From: Candidatus Pelagadaptatus aseana
GTDB lineage: Bacteria; Pseudomonadota; Gammaproteobacteria; Pseudomonadales; Cellvibrionaceae
DNA length: 64,000 nt
Assembly: GCA_040365065.1 (NCBI GenBank)
Contig: BAABNI010000004.1
Span: 80,854-144,853, forward strand
Reading direction: 5' to 3'
A model generated the notes under the pieces. That model made no database searches and was not told the DNA's origin. It was given only the letters and a program-made list of their open reading frames with translations. Shown piece by piece: positions 19,747 through 28,812 of this stretch. How positions within the stretch are numbered: position 1 is the first letter of the stretch; each line of letters begins with the position of its first letter. Position numbers and translations under genes: made by a program.

Positions 19747-21882
19747 ATGAGTCAGGATCTCGCCGCACCCGAAGCAACAACAAGAACAAAAATCGCTTTC
19801 CAGGATGCCTCCATGGATATCTGGGATAAAAAATACCGCCTTAAGGACAAGCGCAACAATCCCGTTGACGAGACCCTGGCAGCTACCTACTCTCGAGTGG
19901 CCAAAGCTCTGGCTTCCGTAGAAAAGGGCAAGAAGAACCAGAATCTCTGGTTTGAAAAATTTCAGTGGGCTCTGGAAAACGGCGCCATTCCCGCAGGCCG
20001 TATTATTTCCAACGCCGGTGCCGAAGCGCACAAGCCTGCGACCTCCACCATTAATTGCACCGTATCAGGCACCATTCCGGATTCCATGAAAGGCATTCTG
20101 GAAAAGAACGTGGAAGCTGGCCTGACTCTGAAAGCAGGTTGTGGTATCGGTTACGAATTCTCCACCCTACGTCCCAAAGGCGCTTACGTATCCGGTGCGG
20201 GTGCGCACACCTCTGGCCCGCTGTCGTTTATGGATATCTTCGACAAGATGTGTTTCACCGTGTCCTCTGCCGGTGGCCGCCGTGGTGCCCAGATGGCGAC
20301 CTTTGATGTCAGCCACCCGGACGTGCTGGAATTTATCCGCGCCAAGCGTGAAGACGGTCGTCTGCGCCAGTTCAACCTGTCGCTGCTGATCACCAACGAA
20401 TTTATTGATGCGGTTCGCAATGAGCAGGATTGGCCGCTGTCGTTCCCGATGACCCAGAAAGATCTGGAGAGCTGCGATGTGGATCTGGATAACCCCGAGC
20501 AGGTGATCTGGCGCGAAGTGCCCAACCCCGAAGGCTACATCAATAACGATGAGGGCCTAAGTGCCTGTCGCATCTACAAAACCATTCCGGCCCGTCGCCT
20601 GTGGGATGTGATCATGTCCTCCACCTACGACTTCGCCGAGCCGGGTTTTATCCTGATCGATCAGGTTAACGAGATGAACAACAACTGGTTCTGCGAACAG
20701 ATCCGCGCCACCAACCCCTGTGGTGAACAGCCTCTGCCTCCTTATGGCAGCTGCCTGCTGGGTTCCGTGAACCTGACCCTGTTCGTTGACAAGCCATTTA
20801 CTCCGGAAGCCCAGTTCAACTGGGACAAGTACCGCGAAGTGGTATCCATCTTTACCCGTATGCTTGACAACGTGGTGGAGATCAATGGCCTGGCTCTGCC
20901 AGAGCAGCGCGCGGAAATCGCCAACAAGCGTCGTCACGGCATGGGCTTTTTGGGTCTGGGCTCTACCATGACTCTGCTGGGTATTCCCTATGGCAGCTCC
21001 GCATCCATTGCGTTCACCGAGCAGATCAGCCGCGAGCTGGCCATCACCGGCTGGAAAACCGGTCTGGAACTGTCCAAGGAAAAAGGCGCCGCACCGGTAA
21101 TGGATCAGGAATTTGAAGTGACCCCGAGCATGCTGCGTCACCGCCCGGAAATGGTCGACGATGGCATCAAGGTCGGCGACAAGGTGCTGGGTAAGGTATT
21201 GCACGCCAAGTACAGCCGCTACATGCAGAAAGTGGCTGAGGAAGAGCCGGAACTGGTAGCCGAGCTGGCCGAAGTGGGCTGTCGCTTTACCCACCACTCG
21301 TCCATTGCCCCGACCGGTACCATCTCCCTGTCTCTGGCCAACAACGCCAGTAACGGTATCGAGCCAAGTTTTGCGCACCACTACGCCCGTAACGTGATTC
21401 GTGAAGGCCGCAAAACCAAAGAAAAAGTGGATGTATTCTCTTACGAGCTGCTGGCCTATCGCCATCTGGTGGACGAAAGCGCCATGCCGGGCAACCTGCC
21501 CGACTACTTCACCACCACCGACGATGTGGAACCGAAGCAGCACGTGGATGTACAGGCCGCGGCACAGAAATGGGTGGACTCCTCCATTTCCAAAACCATT
21601 AACGTGCCGACCCAGATCGACTACGACGCCTTTAAAGGCATCTACCTTTACGCCCACGAAAGTGGTCTCAAGGGTTGCACCACCTTCCGCTTCAACCCGG
21701 AAGCCTTCCAGGGCGTTCTGGTACGTGAAGAAGATCTTGAGAACACCACCTACAAGTTCAACCTGGACGACGGCACCGTGCTGGAACTGAAAGGTAATGA
21801 GGAAGTTGAATACGACGGTGAGATTCACACCGCCGCCAACCTCTACGACGCATTGAAAGAAGGCTACTACGGTAAGTTATAA
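19747..21882 (+). CDS. nrdJ: Class II (adenosylcobalamin-dependent) ribonucleotide reductase, large N-terminal part (NrdJa)
   Basis: 711 aa. Active-site region TNPCGEQPLPPYGSCLLGSVNL. N-terminus DIWDKKYRL, typical of NrdJ. The protein lacks the C-terminal Cys-rich tail, which is encoded by the next ORF. Confidence 0.85.
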   Translation: MSQDLAAPEATTRTKIAFQDASMDIWDKKYRLKDKRNNPVDETLAATYSRVAKALASVEKGKKNQNLWFEKFQWALENGAIPAGRIISNAGAEAHKPATSTINCTVSGTIPDSMKGILEKNVEAGLTLKAGCGIGYEFSTLRPKGAYVSGAGAHTSGPLSFMDIFDKMCFTVSSAGGRRGAQMATFDVSHPDVLEFIRAKREDGRLRQFNLSLLITNEFIDAVRNEQDWPLSFPMTQKDLESCDVDLDNPEQVIWREVPNPEGYINNDEGLSACRIYKTIPARRLWDVIMSSTYDFAEPGFILIDQVNEMNNNWFCEQIRATNPCGEQPLPPYGSCLLGSVNLTLFVDKPFTPEAQFNWDKYREVVSIFTRMLDNVVEINGLALPEQRAEIANKRRHGMGFLGLGSTMTLLGIPYGSSASIAFTEQISRELAITGWKTGLELSKEKGAAPVMDQEFEVTPSMLRHRPEMVDDGIKVGDKVLGKVLHAKYSRYMQKVAEEEPELVAELAEVGCRFTHHSSIAPTGTISLSLANNASNGIEPSFAHHYARNVIREGRKTKEKVDVFSYELLAYRHLVDESAMPGNLPDYFTTTDDVEPKQHVDVQAAAQKWVDSSISKTINVPTQIDYDAFKGIYLYAHESGLKGCTTFRFNPEAFQGVLVREEDLENTTYKFNLDDGTVLELKGNEEVEYDGEIHTAANLYDALKEGYYGKL

Positions 21883-21960
21883 ACCGGGCAAGCTATAAAG
21901 CTTGTCCCTGCTAACACTTGCGAACACACACGTAGAGCACCAGAACAAGAGACTAAGACA

Positions 21961-22650
21961 ATGTCAGTAAAAATCGATAAGAAGATCACCGGCTTTGCCG
22001 TTAAAAATGAGGCGGATGACGCCGCCAAAGCTGCCGAGGCCGAAGCCGCAGCAGCCAAAGAAATTGAGCACATGCATGAAAATGTAGGCCGCCCCGACGT
22101 ATTGATCGGCTCCACCTACAAGATCAAGCCGCCCATGTCCGACCACGCGCTGTACATCACCATCAACGACATCGTATTGAATCCGGACACCGACCACGAA
22201 ATGCGTCGCCCCTACGAGATCTTCCTGAACTCGAAGAACATGGATTACTTCCAGTGGGTAGTTGCCCTGACTCGCGTAATCTCCGCGGTATTCCGCAAAG
22301 GTGGCGACGTTACCTTCCTGGTGGAAGAAATGAAGAACGTATTTGATCCAAAAGGCGGTTACTTCAAGCCCGGCGGTCGCTTTATGCCATCACTGGTGGC
22401 TGAGATGGGTTACGCCATTGAGACCCACATGAAGACCATCGGTCTGCTGCAAAGCGAGGATATGAGCGAGCATCAGCGCCAGATCCTCGACGAAAAGCGT
22501 GATGAATACCTGGAGAAGAAAGGTGAAACTGCCAAAGACGGCGACTTTCCAGAATCCGCCCAGCTGTGCATGAAGTGTCACACCAAAGCCGTGATTCTGA
22601 TGGATGGCTGCATGACCTGTCTGAACTGTGGCGACTCCAAGTGTGGTTAA
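21961..22650 (+). CDS. nrdJ: Class II ribonucleotide reductase, C-terminal part (NrdJb)
   Basis: 229 aa ending in CMKCHTKAVILMDGCMTCLNCGDSKCG (the redox-active Cys-rich tail of NrdJ). Separated from nrdJa by 78 nt. I recall the same split arrangement for Pseudomonas aeruginosa nrdJa/nrdJb. Confidence 0.75.
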   Translation: MSVKIDKKITGFAVKNEADDAAKAAEAEAAAAKEIEHMHENVGRPDVLIGSTYKIKPPMSDHALYITINDIVLNPDTDHEMRRPYEIFLNSKNMDYFQWVVALTRVISAVFRKGGDVTFLVEEMKNVFDPKGGYFKPGGRFMPSLVAEMGYAIETHMKTIGLLQSEDMSEHQRQILDEKRDEYLEKKGETAKDGDFPESAQLCMKCHTKAVILMDGCMTCLNCGDSKCG

Positions 22651-22673
22651 TCGTCTCTTAGACGCTTAACTCG

Positions 22674-22702
22674 AAAAAAGGCAGCACTCGCTGCCTTTTT
22701 TT
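22674..22702 (+). terminator. Rho-independent terminator after nrdJb
   Basis: AAAAAAGGCAGC-ACTC-GCTGCCTTTTTTT: a 6-bp GC stem extendable by A/T pairs, followed by a 7-T run. Confidence 0.8.
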
Positions 22703-22800
22703 ATTTATATTTCACAAATAATCCAGCACCATACAAATAGCAGCAGCCAAGGAAACTCAGTACTCTAAAGACTTAAACATAGCCAGACTCTTCTCATATT

Positions 22801-24306
22801 ATGAAAAGCAAACAAAAAAGTGTCTATGCGGTTTATGCGCTCTCCTTAGTAACCAATCTTCTGATTGTTTACGTTATCTATGCTCAATTTAATGGGGTGC
22901 AGTCCCTCACCCGCTTATGGAATGATAATGCGACCGGCAACCTGACCAGCGCCACCACTCTGGCTGAAATTGAGCGCAACCTTGGTTATGTCGGCTTTAT
23001 TCACCACTTCAAAAATTATGTCATCCGGGGCACAGAGGAATACTACGAAAAAGCCGAGCTTAGCTATCAACACACCAGCAATGCCATCACCGCCTTCAAA
23101 CAGCTCCCCATCAATGACGACGAACATCAAGTCATTGCAATTATTGAGAAAACTCTCAACGACTACCATCAGAAACTGCAACTGATTCACTCTGTCAGTG
23201 ACGAATTTTCAATCACCGAGCTGGATCAAAAGGTTAAAATTGATGACGCTCCGGCAGAACAGGCACTGAATACATTGCGTTCACACATTCTGCCAAGGCT
23301 CAAACAACAGCAGGCGATCGCCGATGACATGGCTGTCGGGCTCAACATCAAAAGTATCTATCTGGCGAGTCTGCTGATTCCAACGATCCTGATTTCCAGC
23401 CTTATCACCATTCGTGTTTTTCGTCGCCTCGACGCCACAAGCAAAGAACTCGTCACCATTTTCGACTTGTCACCTGACGCCATCATCTACACGGATATTG
23501 ATGGCAATATACTCAAGGCGAACAAAGCCACAGCCAATATGTTTGGCTACACCATCGAGGAAATTCAGTCGTTACAACTCGAAGACCTAATCGAAGAACA
23601 CCTGCGCGACAAACACAGATCCCTTAGAACTGGCTTCAGTCAAAAGGAACAGTCCAGACCCATGGCAGGACGCGAACTCAAGATTCAAGGGGTCCGCAAA
23701 GATCAATCACTGATAGAGCTAAGCATAGACATTGCAGCCAAAACCATTGATGGCGATATTCGAAGTGTCTGTGTTGTCAAAGATATCACCCATCAAAATC
23801 AGCTTAAAATGGCCGCTGAGAAGGACCACCTGACACAACTGGGTAACCGCCGCTTTTTCGATCAAACACTCAACACCGAACTGAGCCGCAAGCACCGTGA
23901 AAGAACGCCACTGTCGCTGCTGATGATCGATCTGGATCATTTCAAACTACTCAATGACAACGAGGGGCACGTAGCCGGTGACATCGCTCTGAAAAAAGTA
24001 GCGGACTATCTGCAGCAACAAACCCGCTCCTACGACCACCTGGCTCGCTGGGGTGGCGATGAATTTGTACTGCTTTGCCCTGGATTATCCCGAGAAGATG
24101 CCATCCATCATGCCGAACGAATTCGTGCCGGATTTGAAGGCATGCCGATGGACGGCAATATCCGGCTGACCCTCAGTATCGGTGTTGCCAGCGCGTGTGA
24201 AGAATCCAGCACCACGTCAGAAGATCTGCTGAATTCAGCCGATAAGGCGGTTTACAACGTTAAAAACAATGGCAGAAATCACGTTAAGCATCACGATCAT
24301 ATCTAG
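22801..24306 (+). CDS. Sensor diguanylate cyclase (2 TM periplasmic sensor - PAS - GGDEF)
   Basis: 501 aa. TM helices near residues 10-30 and 185-205. PAS-like region (IFDLSPDAIIYTDIDGNILKANKA...). GGDEF domain with RWGGDEFVLL. Confidence 0.85.
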   Translation: MKSKQKSVYAVYALSLVTNLLIVYVIYAQFNGVQSLTRLWNDNATGNLTSATTLAEIERNLGYVGFIHHFKNYVIRGTEEYYEKAELSYQHTSNAITAFKQLPINDDEHQVIAIIEKTLNDYHQKLQLIHSVSDEFSITELDQKVKIDDAPAEQALNTLRSHILPRLKQQQAIADDMAVGLNIKSIYLASLLIPTILISSLITIRVFRRLDATSKELVTIFDLSPDAIIYTDIDGNILKANKATANMFGYTIEEIQSLQLEDLIEEHLRDKHRSLRTGFSQKEQSRPMAGRELKIQGVRKDQSLIELSIDIAAKTIDGDIRSVCVVKDITHQNQLKMAAEKDHLTQLGNRRFFDQTLNTELSRKHRERTPLSLLMIDLDHFKLLNDNEGHVAGDIALKKVADYLQQQTRSYDHLARWGGDEFVLLCPGLSREDAIHHAERIRAGFEGMPMDGNIRLTLSIGVASACEESSTTSEDLLNSADKAVYNVKNNGRNHVKHHDHI

Positions 24307-24384
24307 GCTGATATAAGACGCAAACTACGATCAGATCAAAAATCCTTCCCTGTAAATAATTCTATACTGGGCGTATAAGCAATA

Positions 24385-24585
24385 ATGACCGAGGGATTTA
24401 TGAGCAAACCAACCGAAGCAGAATACAAACAAGCCATGGCTGAAGTAGCCCGTATGCGGGAAGCCGGAGAAGACCCGGAGCATGTAGCCAAGACACTGCT
24501 CAATCTCGACTATCGCTTTAAACATCTTGAACACGTCTATGAAGCCCTGGAGCACTGGCTCAATTCCGGTCAGGCGGCCAATTAG
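24385..24585 (+). CDS. Small helical hypothetical protein (66 aa)
   Basis: ORF only. Coding-like composition (MTEGFMSKPTEAEYKQAMAEVARMREAGEDPEHVAK...). No family recognised. Confidence 0.35.
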   Translation: MTEGFMSKPTEAEYKQAMAEVARMREAGEDPEHVAKTLLNLDYRFKHLEHVYEALEHWLNSGQAAN

Positions 24586-24685
24586 CACACCAATCTGATG
24601 ATGGCACTGGAAAAGTACCGCAGCATCAATCACGTGCTGGGCGAGCGACGAGATGACTATGTTGGTTAATAAGTGCCGGCTAACA

Positions 24686-24761
24686 GGGATCCCTCGCGGT
24701 CGCCCGGGATGACAAATTTGAATTGATGTTATTCTGACGACCCCAGAAAGGAAGAATCTCT
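24686..24761. repeat. REP-like element pair (inverted units)
   Basis: GGGATCCCTCGCGGTCGCCCGGGATGACA (24686-24714) and GTTATTCTGACGACCCCAGAAAGGAAGAATCTCT (24728-24761), lying directly 3' of the AraC gene stop. Confidence 0.65.
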
Positions 24762-24763
24762 GT

Positions 24764-25780
24764 CTATCCCTGACGATACTCACTGGGGCTCTTGCCGCAC
24801 CAGCTTTTAAAAGCACTGGAAAAAGAGCTTTGATCACCGTAGCCCAACAGGAAAGCAATGTCGGTAATACCCAGATGCTGATCGGCAAGATAATTAAAAG
24901 CCAACTCCGAACGAACCGTCTGTAAAACCTGGGAAAACGGGCTGTCGCGCTCCCCCAACCGTCGCTGCAGGGTGCGGCGGGACACTCCCAACTCTTTTGC
25001 CACCGCATCAATTCCGGTCTCACCGGTAGGCAACAATTTCATCAGGCAACTCTTCAGCTCAAGCAGGAACTGGTCACCATCGTCGCCCTCGGACCTAAAG
25101 AGATGTTGCACCTGATGGCTTACCGCCTGATTCAGATCGAAACCGGTTTTGGTCAACGGGTAATCAAGTGACTGACTATCGTAGTACAGGCAGCTGAAAG
25201 GCTGATCGAAGTGCAAATTGTCACCAAACAGAGTCTTTAACAAACCTGTATCGGCTGGCTTTGGGTAGGTAAAACAGGCCTTCTCAACCCGTATTGGCTG
25301 AACGCACAGGGTATCGATAATATAAGCCGAATTGGCCAATACCATGTCGCTCAAAAATCGATGTGAGCGGCTCTCTTGTGAGAGAGGAACCCAGTTGAGG
25401 CAAATCACCTCACCCTGCCGCTTCACCTTGACCTCACCGATATCACCGGCAAAGCGCAACAGACTGGGCATCAGATTCAGGTACTCCCGAAACGTACGAC
25501 AGATGGTCCCCATATACAATTGCAGATTGAGTCCATTGGTGTAAAACACCCTACCCGTATAAAGACCAACATCATCGCTGGCGGATTCCCTCACCAACAG
25601 ATCATAAAATTCAAATACGCCAGTAATGGGTATGCGGCTCTCTGGGTCCTGTAACTGCGAAGATTCGATACCCACTTGCTGCAACAGATCTTTGGTCGGC
25701 AAACCCAACATATTGGCCACCTGAACCAGACTGTTGACGGTAGCGGCATAAACGGACCATTGCGGATTGGGGACAGGCAT
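24764..25780 (-). CDS. AraC-family transcriptional regulator (paralog 2 of 3)
   Basis: 338 aa. C-terminal ITDIAFLLGYGDQSSFSSAFKSWCGKSPSEYRQ. The N-terminal domain is alignable to the proteins at 4205-5203 and 30762-31778. Confidence 0.8.
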   Translation of the reverse strand: MPVPNPQWSVYAATVNSLVQVANMLGLPTKDLLQQVGIESSQLQDPESRIPITGVFEFYDLLVRESASDDVGLYTGRVFYTNGLNLQLYMGTICRTFREYLNLMPSLLRFAGDIGEVKVKRQGEVICLNWVPLSQESRSHRFLSDMVLANSAYIIDTLCVQPIRVEKACFTYPKPADTGLLKTLFGDNLHFDQPFSCLYYDSQSLDYPLTKTGFDLNQAVSHQVQHLFRSEGDDGDQFLLELKSCLMKLLPTGETGIDAVAKELGVSRRTLQRRLGERDSPFSQVLQTVRSELAFNYLADQHLGITDIAFLLGYGDQSSFSSAFKSWCGKSPSEYRQG

Positions 25781-25895
25781 CGAAAACCCAAAATTGTGAC
25801 AGGAGGCTGAATTCTAAACCAACGACTGAGGTTCAAGAAGAACAAAATGCCACAGAATCCGGGATTCAAATGTCACTATCCCGCCGAGGTCGCCC

Positions 25896-26384
25896 ATGTC
25901 ACAGGCCCTATCAAATTTGTGCGTTGCCGGTCTGATGCTATTGCTGGCATCAGTCACAACCGCTGGTGAGCAAGAATCACCTTCGCGCAGCCAAAAACTG
26001 GAGGTCTACAGTAAAATGCAAACCCTCTGCGACCGTTGGAGCCGTTGGTACAAACGCGATCGCAGTGAAAATGCCCGGATCAATATGAACATCTCCTGCC
26101 GTGATGCCGCCCGCTATGCCAGCAATGAACTGGCCATGACCGTCGCCACTCCCAAACATATTGCGGCCAAGCCCAGCAAACCCAGAAACACCAAACCCAA
26201 TGCCAGATTACTCAGCGCCCGAAAACTCGAGCGCGATTACACCGGCAAACCGAAATGCAGTCGCTGGCAGGAACAAGTCGATAATATCCAACGCAAACTG
26301 CGCGGCGGCTACAGAGAACCCCAGGGCAACAAATTGCGGGAAAAAAGACGCAATCTGTGGCGCCTGCTGCGGGATAATTGTTAA
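25896..26384 (+). CDS. Secreted basic hypothetical protein
   Basis: 162 aa. Signal-peptide-like N-terminus (LCVAGLMLLLASVTTAGE). Lys/Arg-rich C-terminal half. No family recognised. Confidence 0.4.
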   Translation: MSQALSNLCVAGLMLLLASVTTAGEQESPSRSQKLEVYSKMQTLCDRWSRWYKRDRSENARINMNISCRDAARYASNELAMTVATPKHIAAKPSKPRNTKPNARLLSARKLERDYTGKPKCSRWQEQVDNIQRKLRGGYREPQGNKLREKRRNLWRLLRDNC

Positions 26385-26443
26385 GCCAGCTTAACTATTC
26401 GCGTTTTTAGCCGATAACCTGATACCAGTAGCAATGAGTATCA

Positions 26444-26884
26444 ATGGCAGGAACGAACATGAGCCTTTCGAAGCGGCAAAAAGCGTTATTTGGATTCCTA
26501 TTTATGGCAGCGCTTGTCACTAACGTTTTCGCCATCTATGCCTACGCAACCCACCATACTCCGTCCACGGCAACAGCAACAAAAGCCATGGTCACCACGC
26601 CCTTTCACACCACAAAAAAGGCTGCCAACCAGCTCACCATGAACGAGTACACCTTTATTGATGCCGAACAGGACTGTCTGACAAAAGTAAGGGATGGACG
26701 CGCCATTGATCAAAGGGCCGCTCTCTATGTGGATTCACGTTCCACCATCAGCGAGCCACGCTTTTCCCGGTATCGGGTTTACATAAAAGACAGTCAGCAG
26801 ATCAATGACATCTATGAATGCTATGCGGACTTAACCGACAACCGGGTTACCGTGGGCCACATCCGCTCTACCCTTGGCAGTTAA
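26444..26884 (+). CDS. Membrane-anchored hypothetical protein
   Basis: 146 aa with a single N-terminal TM (LFGFLFMAALVTNVFAIYAYA). No family recognised. Confidence 0.4.
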   Translation: MAGTNMSLSKRQKALFGFLFMAALVTNVFAIYAYATHHTPSTATATKAMVTTPFHTTKKAANQLTMNEYTFIDAEQDCLTKVRDGRAIDQRAALYVDSRSTISEPRFSRYRVYIKDSQQINDIYECYADLTDNRVTVGHIRSTLGS

Positions 26885-26888
26885 TTCC

Positions 26889-27779
26889 CTACAAGCCCCG
26901 CTGCCATTCCTGCCTCAGAGGGATGACACCCGGGCGTTCAATGGCAGTTTGAACCTGATCGAGCAGTGCTTGCTTGTCCTTGCCCAAAACGCCTTTAAGT
27001 ACCAGATAATTAGAGGCGTGATCACTGCGAAAGATGGTCTTATTCAATTCCAGTTCCGTCAGTAGCACCTGCATTTCACGAAACAACTCCATCTGTTCCA
27101 GCTTGCGCCAACGACCATTGAAGGGGGCGGCAAAGCGCTCACTGCCCATGGGAAACTCAACCACCAGCGTCGACAGATAATCCGGTTGCGCGGCGTTCAT
27201 CAGCCGCGCCGAATTGCGGGCATGCTGCTCACTCAGCTCCGGCCCGCCCAGACCATTAAGAATCATCACCGAGCTCTTCATGCCCGCCTGCTTGATCTTG
27301 CTCAGCGCATCGAGAGAGCTCTGGAAGGTTTCACCTTTCTCAATCAACTCGAGCAACTCATCATCGCCGGTTTCACAGCCGACATACATCAGGCTCAATC
27401 CCAGATTTTGCAGGACCTGCAAGTCTGCTACGGATTTGTTTTTGAGGTTGCGAGGCAAACAATAGGAGGAAATGCGTTGCACATCGGGAAAGTAGTCATT
27501 GATGAGATGCAGAATCTCTTCCAGACGGCGCACGGATAAAGTCATTGCATCGCCATCAGCCAGAAATACCCGTTTTACAGGGTAGCCCGCCTCGGCCAGC
27601 GCTTTGAGCTCCTTTTCCAGCTCCGCAATGGGCTTGGGACGAAAGCGCTTCTGTTCCGCCGTGTACATATCGCAAAAGGTGCACTTATTCCACGAACAGC
27701 CGTTGGTCACCTGAAGAATCAGGGAGCGGGCTTCACTGGGCGGTCTGAAAACGGGCTCAATATAATGCAAGGGGTACAT
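26889..27779 (-). CDS. Radical SAM domain protein with non-canonical Cx4Cx2C cluster motif
   Basis: 296 aa. LILQVTNGCSWNKCTFCDMY has Cys spacing C-4-C-2-C. FLADGDAM and GCETGDD are typical of the radical-SAM TIM-barrel core. Confidence 0.7.
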   Translation of the reverse strand: MYPLHYIEPVFRPPSEARSLILQVTNGCSWNKCTFCDMYTAEQKRFRPKPIAELEKELKALAEAGYPVKRVFLADGDAMTLSVRRLEEILHLINDYFPDVQRISSYCLPRNLKNKSVADLQVLQNLGLSLMYVGCETGDDELLELIEKGETFQSSLDALSKIKQAGMKSSVMILNGLGGPELSEQHARNSARLMNAAQPDYLSTLVVEFPMGSERFAAPFNGRWRKLEQMELFREMQVLLTELELNKTIFRSDHASNYLVLKGVLGKDKQALLDQVQTAIERPGVIPLRQEWQRGL

Positions 27780-27827
27780 GCTCGGGTCTCCTGAATCGGC
27801 CGGGCGACATGATACAGGATAGCGCGG

Positions 27828-28202
27828 CTATTTTGCCTTGGATGCCAGTACAAAAGCCTCAAATTTTTTATCGACACCATAGATGTGACGCGTCAGCCAC
27901 TCCGACAGAAACAGGGATAATGAGGCTCTGAGGGTATCGTCAAAATCCCGGTGGCTGGCCACCATCTGGTCCAGCTCTACCCGAAACTTATTGTGGGCCT
28001 CAATGTGAGCGACTCTGTCAGGGTAATCCAGTATCTCCATGTAGGTCTCTTCCAGAGCGAAATGATTCTCGGCGTACTGCTGCAACCGGGCGAAGACCCG
28101 GCCATCACCGGCACAGGTTTCAATCTGATCAATCAGGTCAAACAACTGCTGATGCTGGGCTTCCTGCCAGATCAGATCACTGGTTTTTCTGCGTGAGACC
28201 AT
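27828..28202 (-). CDS. Hemerythrin-like metal-binding protein (bacteriohemerythrin)
   Basis: 124 aa. His/Glu ligand pattern: HQQLFDLIDQIE, ENHFALEE, HIEAHNKF, and HIYGVDKKF near the C-terminus. Confidence 0.8.
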   Translation of the reverse strand: MVSRRKTSDLIWQEAQHQQLFDLIDQIETCAGDGRVFARLQQYAENHFALEETYMEILDYPDRVAHIEAHNKFRVELDQMVASHRDFDDTLRASLSLFLSEWLTRHIYGVDKKFEAFVLASKAK

Positions 28203-28345
28203 AATGACGCCCTAAAGCATAAACCACTCTTTATCAGTCTAGACCTTCAGGTCATGCCCGGATACAACAACAGCCATGACGCTGGTTTAAGGCAAATCCA
28301 CGGCAGCACAGCCACTTGATAGACAAGTCATAAAAATGGATAATA

Positions 28346-28361
28346 CTGTACATATATACAG
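28346..28361 (+). promoter_or_regulatory. LexA (SOS) box
   Basis: CTGTACATATATACAG is a perfect CTGT-N8-ACAG palindrome, 11 nt upstream of the GTG start proposed for umuD. Confidence 0.85.
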
Positions 28362-28371
28362 GTATTTTATT

Positions 28372-28812
28372 GTGACTGCTATTTCCATAATTTCCGAACA
28401 CGAAGCCAGAGAAGCGCTCAGCCTGCCCTGCTATGGCACCCGGGTACCCGCAGGCTTCCCGAGCCCGGCCGATGACTATATGCCGCGCAAACTCGACCTG
28501 AATGAGTATTTGATTCAACACCCGGCGGCCACTTTCTACTGCCGGGTAAACGGCGAATCCATGCAGGATCTGGGCATTATGGACGGTTGTTTGCTGATCG
28601 TAGATCGCGCCGAACAGTATCAGAACGGCTCGATCGTTCTGGCCGCGATTAACGGGGACATCACCTGCAAAATTCTCGACACCGGGCAACGCAAACTGCG
28701 CAGTGGCAACCCAAAATTCCCCGCCATAGACATTCCGGAAGAACTGGATGTCATTATTGAGGGCGTCGTGATCCACGCCATTAACAGCTATGCTGGCACT
28801 GGTCGACTGTAA
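28372..28812 (+). CDS. umuD: UmuD, LexA-like S24 peptidase subunit of DNA polymerase V
   Basis: VNGESMQDLGIMDGCLLIVDR (catalytic Ser region) and a downstream Lys region. A GTG start at 28372 gives 146 aa. The longer ORF from ATG 28336 would contain the SOS box. Confidence 0.85.
   Translation: MTAISIISEHEAREALSLPCYGTRVPAGFPSPADDYMPRKLDLNEYLIQHPAATFYCRVNGESMQDLGIMDGCLLIVDRAEQYQNGSIVLAAINGDITCKILDTGQRKLRSGNPKFPAIDIPEELDVIIEGVVIHAINSYAGTGRL

Noticed and set aside
24583-24669. The amber stop of the 66-aa ORF is followed by 27 more in-frame sense codons (HTNLMMALEKYRSINHVLGERRDDYVG) ending in a double TAA. This could be read-through or a recent nonsense mutation.
   Set aside because: An open stretch of 27 codons after a stop is expected by chance fairly often (roughly one in four). 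No family knowledge supports a longer protein. It is only worth revisiting if homologs are about 94 aa.
24331-25023. 230-aa minus-strand ORF overlapping the REP pair, the small plus-strand ORF and the 3' end of the AraC gene.
   Set aside because: It overlaps a well-supported AraC CDS in another frame and runs through repeat elements. The translation has no coding-like features.
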